DNA from: an uncultured bacterium
GTDB lineage: Bacteria; Lernaellota; Lernaellaia; Lernaellales; Lernaellaceae
Length of the DNA stretch: 64,000 bases
Direction: 5' to 3'
NCBI GenBank assembly: GCA_964534375.1
Contig: CAZHPN010000005.1
Coordinates: 2,676-66,675 of the forward strand
Under the pieces are notes generated by a model. It saw nothing but the letters and a program-made list of their open reading frames with translations, had not been told where the DNA came from and did not search any database. Shown piece after piece: positions 54,895 through 63,478 of the stretch. Within the stretch, counting starts at the first letter, position 1, and each line of letters opens with the position of its first letter. The translations under genes were made by a program, and so were the position numbers.

Positions 54895-54980
54895 TTGACA
54901 ACCCGGGGGTCCTTTCCGACTAGGATGGACAGGATCGGCAACCGTCATCTCCTGTCAATCCGGCAAATCCTGTAAATCTT
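54895..54980. promoter_or_regulatory. Regulatory/repeat element: TTGACA box, then the 18-mer AGGATGGACAGGATCGGC, then AATCCTG-type direct repeats
   Basis: The 18-mer is 18/18 identical to the inverted copy at 60079..60096. Contains ...CCTGTCAATCCGGCAAATCCTGTAAATCTTGATAAG. Confidence 0.4.
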
Positions 54981-54999
54981 GATAAGAAATCGTACTTGT

Positions 55000-56454
55000 C
55001 TACGCCGGCGAATTGCTCTCTTGTTTCCGCCGCAGGAGCCGGGAGATGACCCGCCGCTCCTGATCGGTCAGGGCGCGGAAGAGGAACAACACGGCGAAAT
55101 AAACGACGCCGCCTGCCACGATCACGAGGGCGAGATTCATCGTGCGCATCGCCCAGGCGACGGCGGCCAGCGCCAGCGCCGCGGGGATCGCGCGCACGGG
55201 GAACATTTCGTGCGGCAGGCTGCCGTACTCGCGCAGGAACACACGCAGGAAATAGATCAGCAGGAACACTTCGGAGGCGATGGTCGCCGCCGCCGCGCCC
55301 CAATAGCTGTATTTCGGAATCAGCGCGAAATCCACGGCGAGGTTGACCAACATCGCGTAAACGTTGGCGCGCAGCACGTCGCTCAGGCGGTTGGCGGCCG
55401 TCAGCGCCCACCCGAAGGTCATCGTGCCGAACCAGAGCCAGAGGAAGCTGCCCAGCAAGGCCAGCACGCGCGCGCCGTGAGCGTACTTGGCGCCGTAGAC
55501 CAGCTCGACGAGGCGCGGACCGACGATCATGCTGCCGATCGACACCGGCAGGGCGATGATCCAGAAGATGCGCAACGACGAGCCGAGCAGCGAGTTCCAC
55601 TGCTCGTGCGACTCGGCGCGCGCCGCGGACAGCGCCGGGAAGAGCGCCCGGGTCGCCAGCACCGGCAGGGTCAGCAGCAACTCGAAGAACGAGTAACCGC
55701 TGCGATAGAGGCCGGCGCTGCGATCGTCGGTCAGGCGTTCGAGGATCACCATGTCCACGCGGAAGGCGACGATCCAGACGAAGCCGATCATCACGAACGG
55801 CACGGCGCGGCGGAGCATCGCCCAGCCGCCGGCGACCCCCGGCCAGAACGACACGCCCGGCAGCCGCGTGTGCGCGATCCAGGTGTTGAAGAACGCGGAA
55901 AACCACGCGGTGATCACCATCGCGGCCACCACGCCCATGACGCCCAGATGCAGCGCGGCGGCGATCGCGACGCCGACCAGCCAAGCGCCCGAGCGGATGA
56001 TCGTCACCCACGCGGACAGGTCCATGCGTTGGACGCCGTCGAACATCGCCTCGCCCGTGTGCGCGACGGCGTCGCCCCACACGAACAGCGCCGAGAGCAT
56101 CACCACTTGGCGCGTCGCGCCGCTGTACCCCATCGCCCGCGCGAAAACATACATCGCCAACGTCGCGAAAACGCCGAGGATCATGCGCATGCCGAGGGTG
56201 GTCTTAAACAGCCGGCCGCTCGCCTCCGGTTCCGCCCGCACCGCCGCCACCTCGCGCACGAGCAGCGGCGACATGCCAAAGCCGGCGAGCACCGAGAAGA
56301 TCGCCGCCAGGCTGTTCGCCAGCCCGTAGCGGCCGAAATCGTCGACCAACAAAGTACGTGCGATCAACGCTTGGATGAGAAAACCGACCAGCCGGCGGGA
56401 ACCTTCGGCGCCGAGCAGCCACATGCTGTTTTTCGCGACGCGCGCTCCGCTCAT
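55000..56454 (-). CDS. Polysaccharide biosynthesis protein / Wzx-like flippase (MOP superfamily)
   Basis: 484 aa with ~12-14 TM helices; N-terminal SMWLLGAEGSRRLVGFLIQALIARTLLVDDFGRYGLANSL matches the Polysacc_synt signature. Confidence 0.7.
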   Translation of the reverse strand: MSGARVAKNSMWLLGAEGSRRLVGFLIQALIARTLLVDDFGRYGLANSLAAIFSVLAGFGMSPLLVREVAAVRAEPEASGRLFKTTLGMRMILGVFATLAMYVFARAMGYSGATRQVVMLSALFVWGDAVAHTGEAMFDGVQRMDLSAWVTIIRSGAWLVGVAIAAALHLGVMGVVAAMVITAWFSAFFNTWIAHTRLPGVSFWPGVAGGWAMLRRAVPFVMIGFVWIVAFRVDMVILERLTDDRSAGLYRSGYSFFELLLTLPVLATRALFPALSAARAESHEQWNSLLGSSLRIFWIIALPVSIGSMIVGPRLVELVYGAKYAHGARVLALLGSFLWLWFGTMTFGWALTAANRLSDVLRANVYAMLVNLAVDFALIPKYSYWGAAAATIASEVFLLIYFLRVFLREYGSLPHEMFPVRAIPAALALAAVAWAMRTMNLALVIVAGGVVYFAVLFLFRALTDQERRVISRLLRRKQESNSPA

Positions 56455-56625
56455 GCGTTCCTCACGTAAGGTTCCCTTATCGTAACCATGACCCTCGCCG
56501 GCTTCACGAAGTTAATGCCGGGCGCCCGCGCCTCGCCAAACGTCGTCCGCCGGATCGATCAACGTGGCGCTAGTCTGGCAAATGCGGCGGTTCCTGGCAA
56601 GACGACGCCGCGGCGTTCGGGGCGT

Positions 56626-57570
56626 TCAATCGAGCGAAGCAGCGCCGGGAACGGGCGCCGCGGCGGGAAGCTTCAATTTCATGCCGATCCCGGCGAGGAT
56701 GGCCGGAAGCAGGACCGGGAGCAGCTCGGTGTAAATCCGTAGTTCGAAAATCTTGGCGAATTGGATTTCGGTGACGATGAAAAAACCGAGCGTCGACGCC
56801 AGGAGGATCTGCAACTCCCGGCCGATCCGCCCGAAGCCGACGATGGCGATCACCCACATGCCGCCGAAGGCCATCGACGCCTTGAACAGTTGCGACGGCT
56901 GCAGATTGAACGACAACATGTCGTAGCCGTTGCCGTGCAAATGGAAATAATGCTTCAAGGCGATGCGGCTCGCGACCCAGAACGCCGCCGACAGCGCGAC
57001 GACCGCTTCGCCGCGCCATCTTTTTGCCGATGACCACCAGAGGATGGCGGCCCCGGGCAAAATGATCGCGCACGTCTCGCGATTCAACGTCGCCAGGGCG
57101 AACACGAAAACGAACGCGACGTAGGATCTTTTCAGGACGCAGACGCACAGGGCGATCATGAACAGCGTTCCGGCCGCGTCGCTCATTTGCAGAATCGTGT
57201 GCCACTTGATCACGAGCGCCGCGAACAGCACGCCGAAACACGCCGCCGTTTCGTCAAAGAGCAACGACAGGTGCCGGAAGAGAAACCACAGCGTAAAAAA
57301 CATGCACAGGCCGACGTACACCCGCGCCGCATGCTCGATCCCGCCCGCGTTGTCGCCGATGTAATGCGACTGCATCAACCCGAGGATCGCCAGCGGCGAC
57401 AGCATCCGGATTTGGTAGGGCATGATCGATGCGCCCTCGAGGCACTCGTTCAGGCGGTACGGCGGGTGCAGCGCCGTGCCGAAGGCGATGTCGAAGGCCG
57501 CCAACAGACAGCACGCGACGACAAAGACCAGGAACAGCAAACGCGCTGTCTTTTGGCTATTCATCGTCAA
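56626..57570 (-). CDS. Integral membrane protein of unknown function
   Basis: 314 aa, ~8-9 TM helices; 8 nt downstream of the GH92 gene, so in the same operon. Confidence 0.55.
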   Translation of the reverse strand: MTMNSQKTARLLFLVFVVACCLLAAFDIAFGTALHPPYRLNECLEGASIMPYQIRMLSPLAILGLMQSHYIGDNAGGIEHAARVYVGLCMFFTLWFLFRHLSLLFDETAACFGVLFAALVIKWHTILQMSDAAGTLFMIALCVCVLKRSYVAFVFVFALATLNRETCAIILPGAAILWWSSAKRWRGEAVVALSAAFWVASRIALKHYFHLHGNGYDMLSFNLQPSQLFKASMAFGGMWVIAIVGFGRIGRELQILLASTLGFFIVTEIQFAKIFELRIYTELLPVLLPAILAGIGMKLKLPAAAPVPGAASLD

Positions 57571-57578
57571 CCCCTAAA

Positions 57579-59909
57579 CTAGCGCTGCTGCGGCATCGGC
57601 CCCATGACGAACTCCAGCGTCCCGCCGTTGGCGATTTGGTCATGCGTGAAGAACGGCGTCGTCAGCGCTTGGCCGTTGAGCGTCGCCGACTGCACGTAGA
57701 CGTTGTACGGCCCGTTGTTGACGACGGTGATCTTCAGGTCGCCGTTCGGCAGGTGCATGACCGCGCCGTCGAAGACCGGGCTGCCGAGCACGTACTGCAC
57801 CGAGCCGGCCCGCGGGAAAAAGCCCAGCGCCGAGAAGATGTAAAAGGCGGACATCGTGCCGGCGTCGTCGTTGCCCGGCAGGCCGCCGGGAAAATCGCGA
57901 TACTTGTGGAACATCGCCCAGCGGATCCACTTCTGCGTCAGGTCGGGACGGCCGGCCGCGGCGAAGATATAGGGATGGAACAGGCTCGGCTCGTTGCCCA
58001 GCCACAGGTACGCGCCCGGCGCCCAATCGAATTCCGCATACGCCACGTTCATCTCGAACGCGTAGTTCAGTTTGTCGGTCAGCGCCGTGGGCGAGCCGAA
58101 CAGTTGCGCCAGGCCCGCGACGTCATGCGGCGCAAAGAAAGTGTAATGCCAGGCGTCGCCCTCGGTGTAATACTCGTCGAACGGAAAGGCCGGGTAAAAC
58201 GGCGAGACCCACGAACCGTCGGAGAGGCGCGGCCGCAGGAAGCCGGTCGTCGCATCCCAGTAGTTGCGGTAGTTATGGCTGCGGGCGAGGAACATCGCCG
58301 CGTCGTCCGGCTTGTTCATCGCCGCCGCCCACGCCGAGAGCGCCGAGTCGTCGTAAGAGTATTCCGTCGTGTAGCTCAGGCCCTTTTGCTCGACGTCGGC
58401 CGGAATGTAGCCGAGCGTCAGGTACGATTCGAGTCCGTCGCGGCCGTCGTTGGGCGCCGGTCCCGTCGCGTGGGCGTAGCAGCCTTCGTAGGCTTTGTCG
58501 TAATCGAAATCGCGAATGCCCTTCAGATAGGCGTCGGCCAGCACGATGTCCGCGCTCGTGCCGTCCATGCAATCGGTGTAGGCGATGGCCGCCGGCCATT
58601 TGGGCATCGAGCCGCCCTGCTCGTACATCAGCGTCAGCGACTGCATGAAATCCGCGGTGCGCACGGGGTCGAGCAGGGTCAGCAGCGGATGGAACGTGCG
58701 GAAGGTGTCCCACAGCGACATATCGGTGTAGTACTGGCGCCCGGCGGAATCGTGGGTCTTTTCGTCGAACCCGAGGTACTGGTTGTTGGTCTCCGTCCAA
58801 TCGTGCGGCATGAGGCCGGCGTGGTAGAGCGCCGTATAGAAAACGCGGCGATCCGACAGCGAGCCGCCGCTCACGTCGATCTTGCCGAGGTATTGCCGCC
58901 AGGCGTTGCGCGTGGCGTTCATCATGCCCTCGAAATCCCAACTCGGCGCCTGCGCGGCCAGGTTTGCCTGCGCCTGCGCGACGCTTTGAAAGCTGATGCC
59001 GACCCGGATCAGCAACGGCTGGCCGCCGGCCGCGAAGCCGAGATAGGCGCCGACGTTCGCACCCTGCGCCGTCGCGCTGTTGTCGGTCGGCTGGCCGTTG
59101 GTCCACGTGCCGTAGGCCGTGAACGGCTGCGAGAATTGCATGGCGTAATAGACGTTCGTGCCGCCCGGATGCGCGCCGGTCAATTCGCCGGAAAAATTGC
59201 TCATGCCGGAGACCGTCTGGCTCGCCGCGTCGATGGCAACCGTGGCGTTGCTAACCCAATTGGGCTGGATCGAATACGACGGGTCCACCACGACGTACGG
59301 TTCGCCGCCGCCCTGCCACCTGTAGCGGTGCATCGCCGCCCAGTAGGTCGCGGTCAGTTCGGCGAAGACCTGCGGCTCGTCGAGCAGCACGCTGTAATAG
59401 CCCGCCTTCGCCGTTTCGTTGGCGTGGGAGAACGTGCTGCGGAAGGTCGGCTCGCCGATCGGCGCGGCCGGCTTCGCGTTCATCGGCATGACCAGGATGT
59501 TGCCGTAATCGGAGCACCCGGTGCCCTGCATGTGGGTGTGCGTAAAGCCGCGGATTTGGGGGTCCGCATAGTAGTACCCAGCGCAATGCATCATGTCGAG
59601 CGCGAGGCCGTCGAGCGTCGTATCCGGGCTGAGGCCGACCATACCGAACGGCGCGCTCGGCCCCGGATAGCACGAGGCGGCGCCGAGGCCGAAACTGCCC
59701 GTGCCGATCAGCGGATCGACGTAGTCGACGATGTCGACGGGCGACGAATCGTCGTCGGCCGGCGAGGCATCGTCATCGACCGGCGAAGCATCGTCGTCGT
59801 CGTTCGCGGGCGTGACGTCGTCATCGTCGCCGCCCTTGCCGCAGGCCGTGAACAAGAAGGCAAAAACCGCCAGGGAAATCATCAAGAGCCAAAAGACACG
59901 TTGCCGCAT
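57579..59909 (-). CDS. Glycoside hydrolase family 92 (alpha-mannosidase) lipoprotein with N-terminal poly-Asp linker
   Basis: Lipobox LFTAC; D-rich linker GKGGDDDDVTPANDDDDASPVDDDASPADDDSSPVD; the GH92 N-terminal signature DYVDPLIGT; 776 aa. Confidence 0.75.
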   Translation of the reverse strand: MRQRVFWLLMISLAVFAFLFTACGKGGDDDDVTPANDDDDASPVDDDASPADDDSSPVDIVDYVDPLIGTGSFGLGAASCYPGPSAPFGMVGLSPDTTLDGLALDMMHCAGYYYADPQIRGFTHTHMQGTGCSDYGNILVMPMNAKPAAPIGEPTFRSTFSHANETAKAGYYSVLLDEPQVFAELTATYWAAMHRYRWQGGGEPYVVVDPSYSIQPNWVSNATVAIDAASQTVSGMSNFSGELTGAHPGGTNVYYAMQFSQPFTAYGTWTNGQPTDNSATAQGANVGAYLGFAAGGQPLLIRVGISFQSVAQAQANLAAQAPSWDFEGMMNATRNAWRQYLGKIDVSGGSLSDRRVFYTALYHAGLMPHDWTETNNQYLGFDEKTHDSAGRQYYTDMSLWDTFRTFHPLLTLLDPVRTADFMQSLTLMYEQGGSMPKWPAAIAYTDCMDGTSADIVLADAYLKGIRDFDYDKAYEGCYAHATGPAPNDGRDGLESYLTLGYIPADVEQKGLSYTTEYSYDDSALSAWAAAMNKPDDAAMFLARSHNYRNYWDATTGFLRPRLSDGSWVSPFYPAFPFDEYYTEGDAWHYTFFAPHDVAGLAQLFGSPTALTDKLNYAFEMNVAYAEFDWAPGAYLWLGNEPSLFHPYIFAAAGRPDLTQKWIRWAMFHKYRDFPGGLPGNDDAGTMSAFYIFSALGFFPRAGSVQYVLGSPVFDGAVMHLPNGDLKITVVNNGPYNVYVQSATLNGQALTTPFFTHDQIANGGTLEFVMGPMPQQR
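59746..59835 (-). repeat. GAC-rich repeat tract (poly-Asp linker of GH92)
   Basis: gtcgtcggcc ... atcgtcgtcgtcgtt on the + strand. Confidence 0.8.
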
Positions 59910-60018
59910 GGTTGGACCTCGCCGAGGTGAACAGGCCAGCGAATTCTAACTGGTTTGCGCGGCAGCGGAAAGGCGACCGCGAGGCGCCGAAATCTCCGAC
60001 TACGTAATTCTGGTTTTT

Positions 60019-60119
60019 TTGACAGGATGGACAGGTTTTGCCGACGCGGTGCGGCGGAATACGGTGAAGATCGTTCCGGCCGATCCTGTCCATCCTCGAA
60101 ATCCTGCGAATCCTGTCAA
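60019..60119. repeat. Palindromic ~100-bp element: TTGACAGGATGGACAGG ... CCTGTCCATCC ... TCCTGTCAA
   Basis: 11-bp perfect inverted arms (GGATGGACAGG / CCTGTCCATCC), with TTGACA / TGTCAA at both outer ends facing inward. Sits in the divergent intergenic region between the GH92 and PI-PLC-like genes, and shares an 18-mer with 54922..54939. Confidence 0.6.
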
Positions 60120-60211
60120 GACGATGGCACAAAGTTTCACTCTACGAAGGAGACAAGTCTCGCAATGACCACCGGCCAGCCGTGCACCAAGCTCTTGATT
60201 AGCGTAACGTT

Positions 60212-62299
60212 ATGATTGAGTATATTTCTTGTAAAGAAAGGGGATCCGGAGTGCCAGCTTCGCTTCGCATCGTCACGTTCGCGGCGGCTGTTTTCCTTGC
60301 CGTCGGCGCGCTTTGGTTCGTCGCCTGCACCCCGCGCGATCAAGCGACTGGCGACCATCATGGCCCGGCGGGCGCGCCGCCTGCGACGGGCGTCGGACCC
60401 TCGGGCGTCACCCCGGCCGCCACGGCGGCGGGCATTTTCGCCTATTCCCCCTCGAACGCTTATGTCACGCGGTCCATCGACTCGCAGATGGGCGCGGTGC
60501 TCGCGCACGATCAAGCCAGCGCCGATTGGCACTGGGCGACGCTCGCGCGGTTCGACGTCGGCGCTCACCAATACGTGATGAGCCACGGCCGCCAGACCGC
60601 AACCGGACTTGCCGCCGACTGGTCGATTCGCGAACTGTTCCCATCGGGCGACCTGGGGAACCAAACCGACGCCGGATCGTGGCCCGATTATTACGCGACC
60701 TTGATCGGCTGCCAGTCCGGCGGCAATGCGTTTGTCATCGGCCAGCGCGACAGCGACAATTCCTGGTTCGTGCGGCAGGTCAACGCCGGCGGCGTCATGG
60801 GCGAAACCACCAACGCCGGCGCGTGGAGCCATTATTACGGCGTGGCGGTTCCGCTGGCCGGCGCGAACCAGACCTATGTCTACTTCCAATCGGCCGCGCC
60901 GGAGACGAGCGGCGGCAACCCCGGGTATCCGTGGTTTATCGCCGAATTGACCGCCGACGGCCGGCTCAACCAAACGAGTTCGGGCTATTGGGACAATTAC
61001 TATCCCGTGACGACGGCCTTCGCGGTGGGCGATCAATGGTATCTTTTTGCCCATCGGCCGCCGGCGGCCGGCGCGGCCGGCGCCTGGTTCATCCGGCGGC
61101 TCGCGGCCGGCGGGCAAATGGGCCCGCTGTCCGACAGCGGCGCCTGGGCCGATTACTTTGCGACGATCGCGTCGTTCCCGGCCGCGGACGGCAAGACGTA
61201 TCTCTTCGGGCAGAACACCAACGGGCAATGGCTTATTGCGCCGATCCTGCCGGGCGGGACGCTGGGCGCGGCGACCGACAGCGGTGCGGCGGCCGACGCG
61301 TGCAGCTTCGTTTTCCCGTTCGCGTTCGACACGCTTTATCTGCATCGCGACGACTGGATGGCGGCGCAAGCGGCGACGATCGGCCCGCGGAAGCTGACGG
61401 ACATCACCATTCCGGGCTCCCACGACGCCGGCGTGAACGCCGTGGATTACAGTCTTGGGAACTGCAACCGCCTCGCCTCCTCGTGCAACACCACGGCGCA
61501 AGATACAGACATCAAAGGCCAGCTCGCCCTGGGGTCGCGATATTTCGACGTGCGGCCGGCCATCCTCGACGTGGACGATTGGAGCAGTTGGCAGACCGGA
61601 CATTATGATACATCGCTGCTGATGGGCTGCCGGGGCGAGAAGATAAGCGACATCTTCAGCGACGTGAACGCGTTCTTCGCCGATCCGGCCCATGCGAAGG
61701 AGTTGGCGATTCTCGATATTTCGCATTGCTTCAACGTGACCGCCGACGCCGGTTGCGGCGATGCCGAATACGGCGTGCTGACGGCGAATATCGAAAGCGG
61801 CGTGGACCATTTGGTCAAATGCGCCGACGATTGCGATTTGCTCGACATGACGCTCGATCAGGTTCTCGCCCTGGGGAACGTCATCGTCCGCGTCGAGGGC
61901 GTGCCCAGCGACAAGCCGCACGGCATCTTTTCTTCGAGCGGCGCCGATTTTCCGATTTACAACAATTATTCGGACACGGATAATTTACCGGATATGATCG
62001 CCGGCCAATATTCGGAACTCGAGACGCTCGCCAACCATCGGAACCAGCTCTTCCTGCTCTCGTGGACGCTGACGCAGAGCACGGCCGATGCGATCGAGTG
62101 CATGTTCACCCACAGCTCGATCCTCAGCATGGCCGTCACCGCGCGCCCGCCGCTCTTCGGCGACCTCGAGCAATGGGTCGCGGCCGGGTCGATCACCCCG
62201 ACCCTCTATCCGAACATCATCTATCTCGACGCCTTCGATGGGCTCGGCACGCGAACGGCCATCTATTTGAATCAAAGCGTCGGGCACGCCGGGAAATAA
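60212..62299 (+). CDS. PI-PLC X-domain (phosphatidylinositol-specific phospholipase C-like) lipoprotein with N-terminal ~45-aa tandem repeats
   Basis: ITIPGSHDAGVN and QDTDIKGQLALGSRYFDVR match the bacterial PI-PLC motifs (IPGTHDT ... QDMSIKQQLEAGIRYIDIR). Four N-terminal repeats of the type DAGSWPDYYATL / NAGAWSHYYGVA / SSGYWDNYYPVT / DSGAWADYFATI. Lipobox FVAC; alternative GTG start at 60251. Confidence 0.7.
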   Translation: MIEYISCKERGSGVPASLRIVTFAAAVFLAVGALWFVACTPRDQATGDHHGPAGAPPATGVGPSGVTPAATAAGIFAYSPSNAYVTRSIDSQMGAVLAHDQASADWHWATLARFDVGAHQYVMSHGRQTATGLAADWSIRELFPSGDLGNQTDAGSWPDYYATLIGCQSGGNAFVIGQRDSDNSWFVRQVNAGGVMGETTNAGAWSHYYGVAVPLAGANQTYVYFQSAAPETSGGNPGYPWFIAELTADGRLNQTSSGYWDNYYPVTTAFAVGDQWYLFAHRPPAAGAAGAWFIRRLAAGGQMGPLSDSGAWADYFATIASFPAADGKTYLFGQNTNGQWLIAPILPGGTLGAATDSGAAADACSFVFPFAFDTLYLHRDDWMAAQAATIGPRKLTDITIPGSHDAGVNAVDYSLGNCNRLASSCNTTAQDTDIKGQLALGSRYFDVRPAILDVDDWSSWQTGHYDTSLLMGCRGEKISDIFSDVNAFFADPAHAKELAILDISHCFNVTADAGCGDAEYGVLTANIESGVDHLVKCADDCDLLDMTLDQVLALGNVIVRVEGVPSDKPHGIFSSSGADFPIYNNYSDTDNLPDMIAGQYSELETLANHRNQLFLLSWTLTQSTADAIECMFTHSSILSMAVTARPPLFGDLEQWVAAGSITPTLYPNIIYLDAFDGLGTRTAIYLNQSVGHAGK

Positions 62300-62381
62300 G
62301 GCGGACGCGCGATTGCCGCACGTTTGGCGGCCCGCAGGCAATGTCTTCGCCGCTTCTGTCGCGGACAAACGGAGGCGAATC

Positions 62382-63455
62382 GTGAGTCGTCCCTCTTGCG
62401 CACGGGCCGCGTCGGCCGGCGCGGGCTTTGCGATGATGCTGGCGCTCTTCGGCTGCTCGTTGGTGAATTCGCTGGCGCTGGAGGGCATCCGCCAAGAGGC
62501 GGGCGACGTTGACGGCTCGGCGGCCAAGGCGGACGCACTTTCGCAAACCTGCGACGAAAACGATTTCCCCGCCTGCGTCGATCTTGCCTTCATGTACGAA
62601 AATGGCGAGGGGGTCGCGAAGAGCCCGGCTATTGCCGCGTCGTTGTTCAACATCGCCTGCATCGGCGGCTACGCATTAGGCTGCTTCGAACTCGGCTTGG
62701 CGTATGACGAAGGCGTGGGCGTTTCGCGGGACGCCGCCCTCGCGGTGAAGCTGTACAAAATGGCCTGCGACGGCGGCATCGCCGACGGATGTTACAACCT
62801 TGCCAGCAATTTCGATCACGGCCGCGGCGTACCGAAGGATCCGACCACGGCCGTCGAGTGCTACGCCAAGGCCTGCGACGGCGGCGTCGCTCAAGGCTGC
62901 TTCAACCTCGGCGTCGCTCGCTATCACGGCGATGGCGTCCGGAAAGATCTTGTCGGGGCCGCGGCGGCCTTGGCCAAGGCCTGCGACGGCGGCTACGCCC
63001 GCGGCTGCTACGACCTCGGCCTCTGTTTCGATCGCGGCCACGGCGTGCCCAAAGACGCCGCCACGGCCGCCGAGTGTTATGCCAAAGCCTGCGGCGGCGG
63101 GGAGGCGGACGGGTGCGTCAAAATGGCCTCTTTTTTGGTCGACCACGCGATTACGAAAGACGGGCTCGATCCGAAACAGTCGCTGGCCTTGGCGCGTGAA
63201 TCGTGCGCGGCGGCCAACAAGCTCCAACCCGGCGCCGGCGCCTACAACCTGGCGCGCGTCGCCGCGCTCGAAGGCCAGGAAGGCGAGTGCCGGAAATGGT
63301 TGGAAGACTCGCAGAAGCACGGACGCCTGCCGTCGGCTGACGATATCGCCACGGACGCCTGTTTCGTTGCCGTGCGCGACACCGCCTGGTTCAAGGCGTT
63401 CCTGAAGAAGGCGAAGGCGGCCGAGCGCGACGCCGCGCTTCCCGCGAAACCATAA
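62382..63455 (+). CDS. Sel1-like repeat (SLR) lipoprotein
   Basis: GTG start with a GGAGG RBS 6 nt upstream (the track starts at 62313); lipobox LFGCS; ~8 repeats of the ...GC(Y/F)xLGxxYxxGxGVxKDxxxAxxxYxKACDGG type. Confidence 0.7.
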   Translation: MSRPSCARAASAGAGFAMMLALFGCSLVNSLALEGIRQEAGDVDGSAAKADALSQTCDENDFPACVDLAFMYENGEGVAKSPAIAASLFNIACIGGYALGCFELGLAYDEGVGVSRDAALAVKLYKMACDGGIADGCYNLASNFDHGRGVPKDPTTAVECYAKACDGGVAQGCFNLGVARYHGDGVRKDLVGAAAALAKACDGGYARGCYDLGLCFDRGHGVPKDAATAAECYAKACGGGEADGCVKMASFLVDHAITKDGLDPKQSLALARESCAAANKLQPGAGAYNLARVAALEGQEGECRKWLEDSQKHGRLPSADDIATDACFVAVRDTAWFKAFLKKAKAAERDAALPAKP

Positions 63456-63478
63456 TTCGAAAAACGCGGGCGCCGCGG

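Noticed and set aside
54802-54900. Frame reading ...QRSGIGRRLDYSRASGPEG... just right of the prophage as a possible IS110 C-terminal remnant.
   Set aside because: The similarity to the IPGIG motif is too weak to call on its own. It is mentioned only as context for the IS110 fragment on the left flank.
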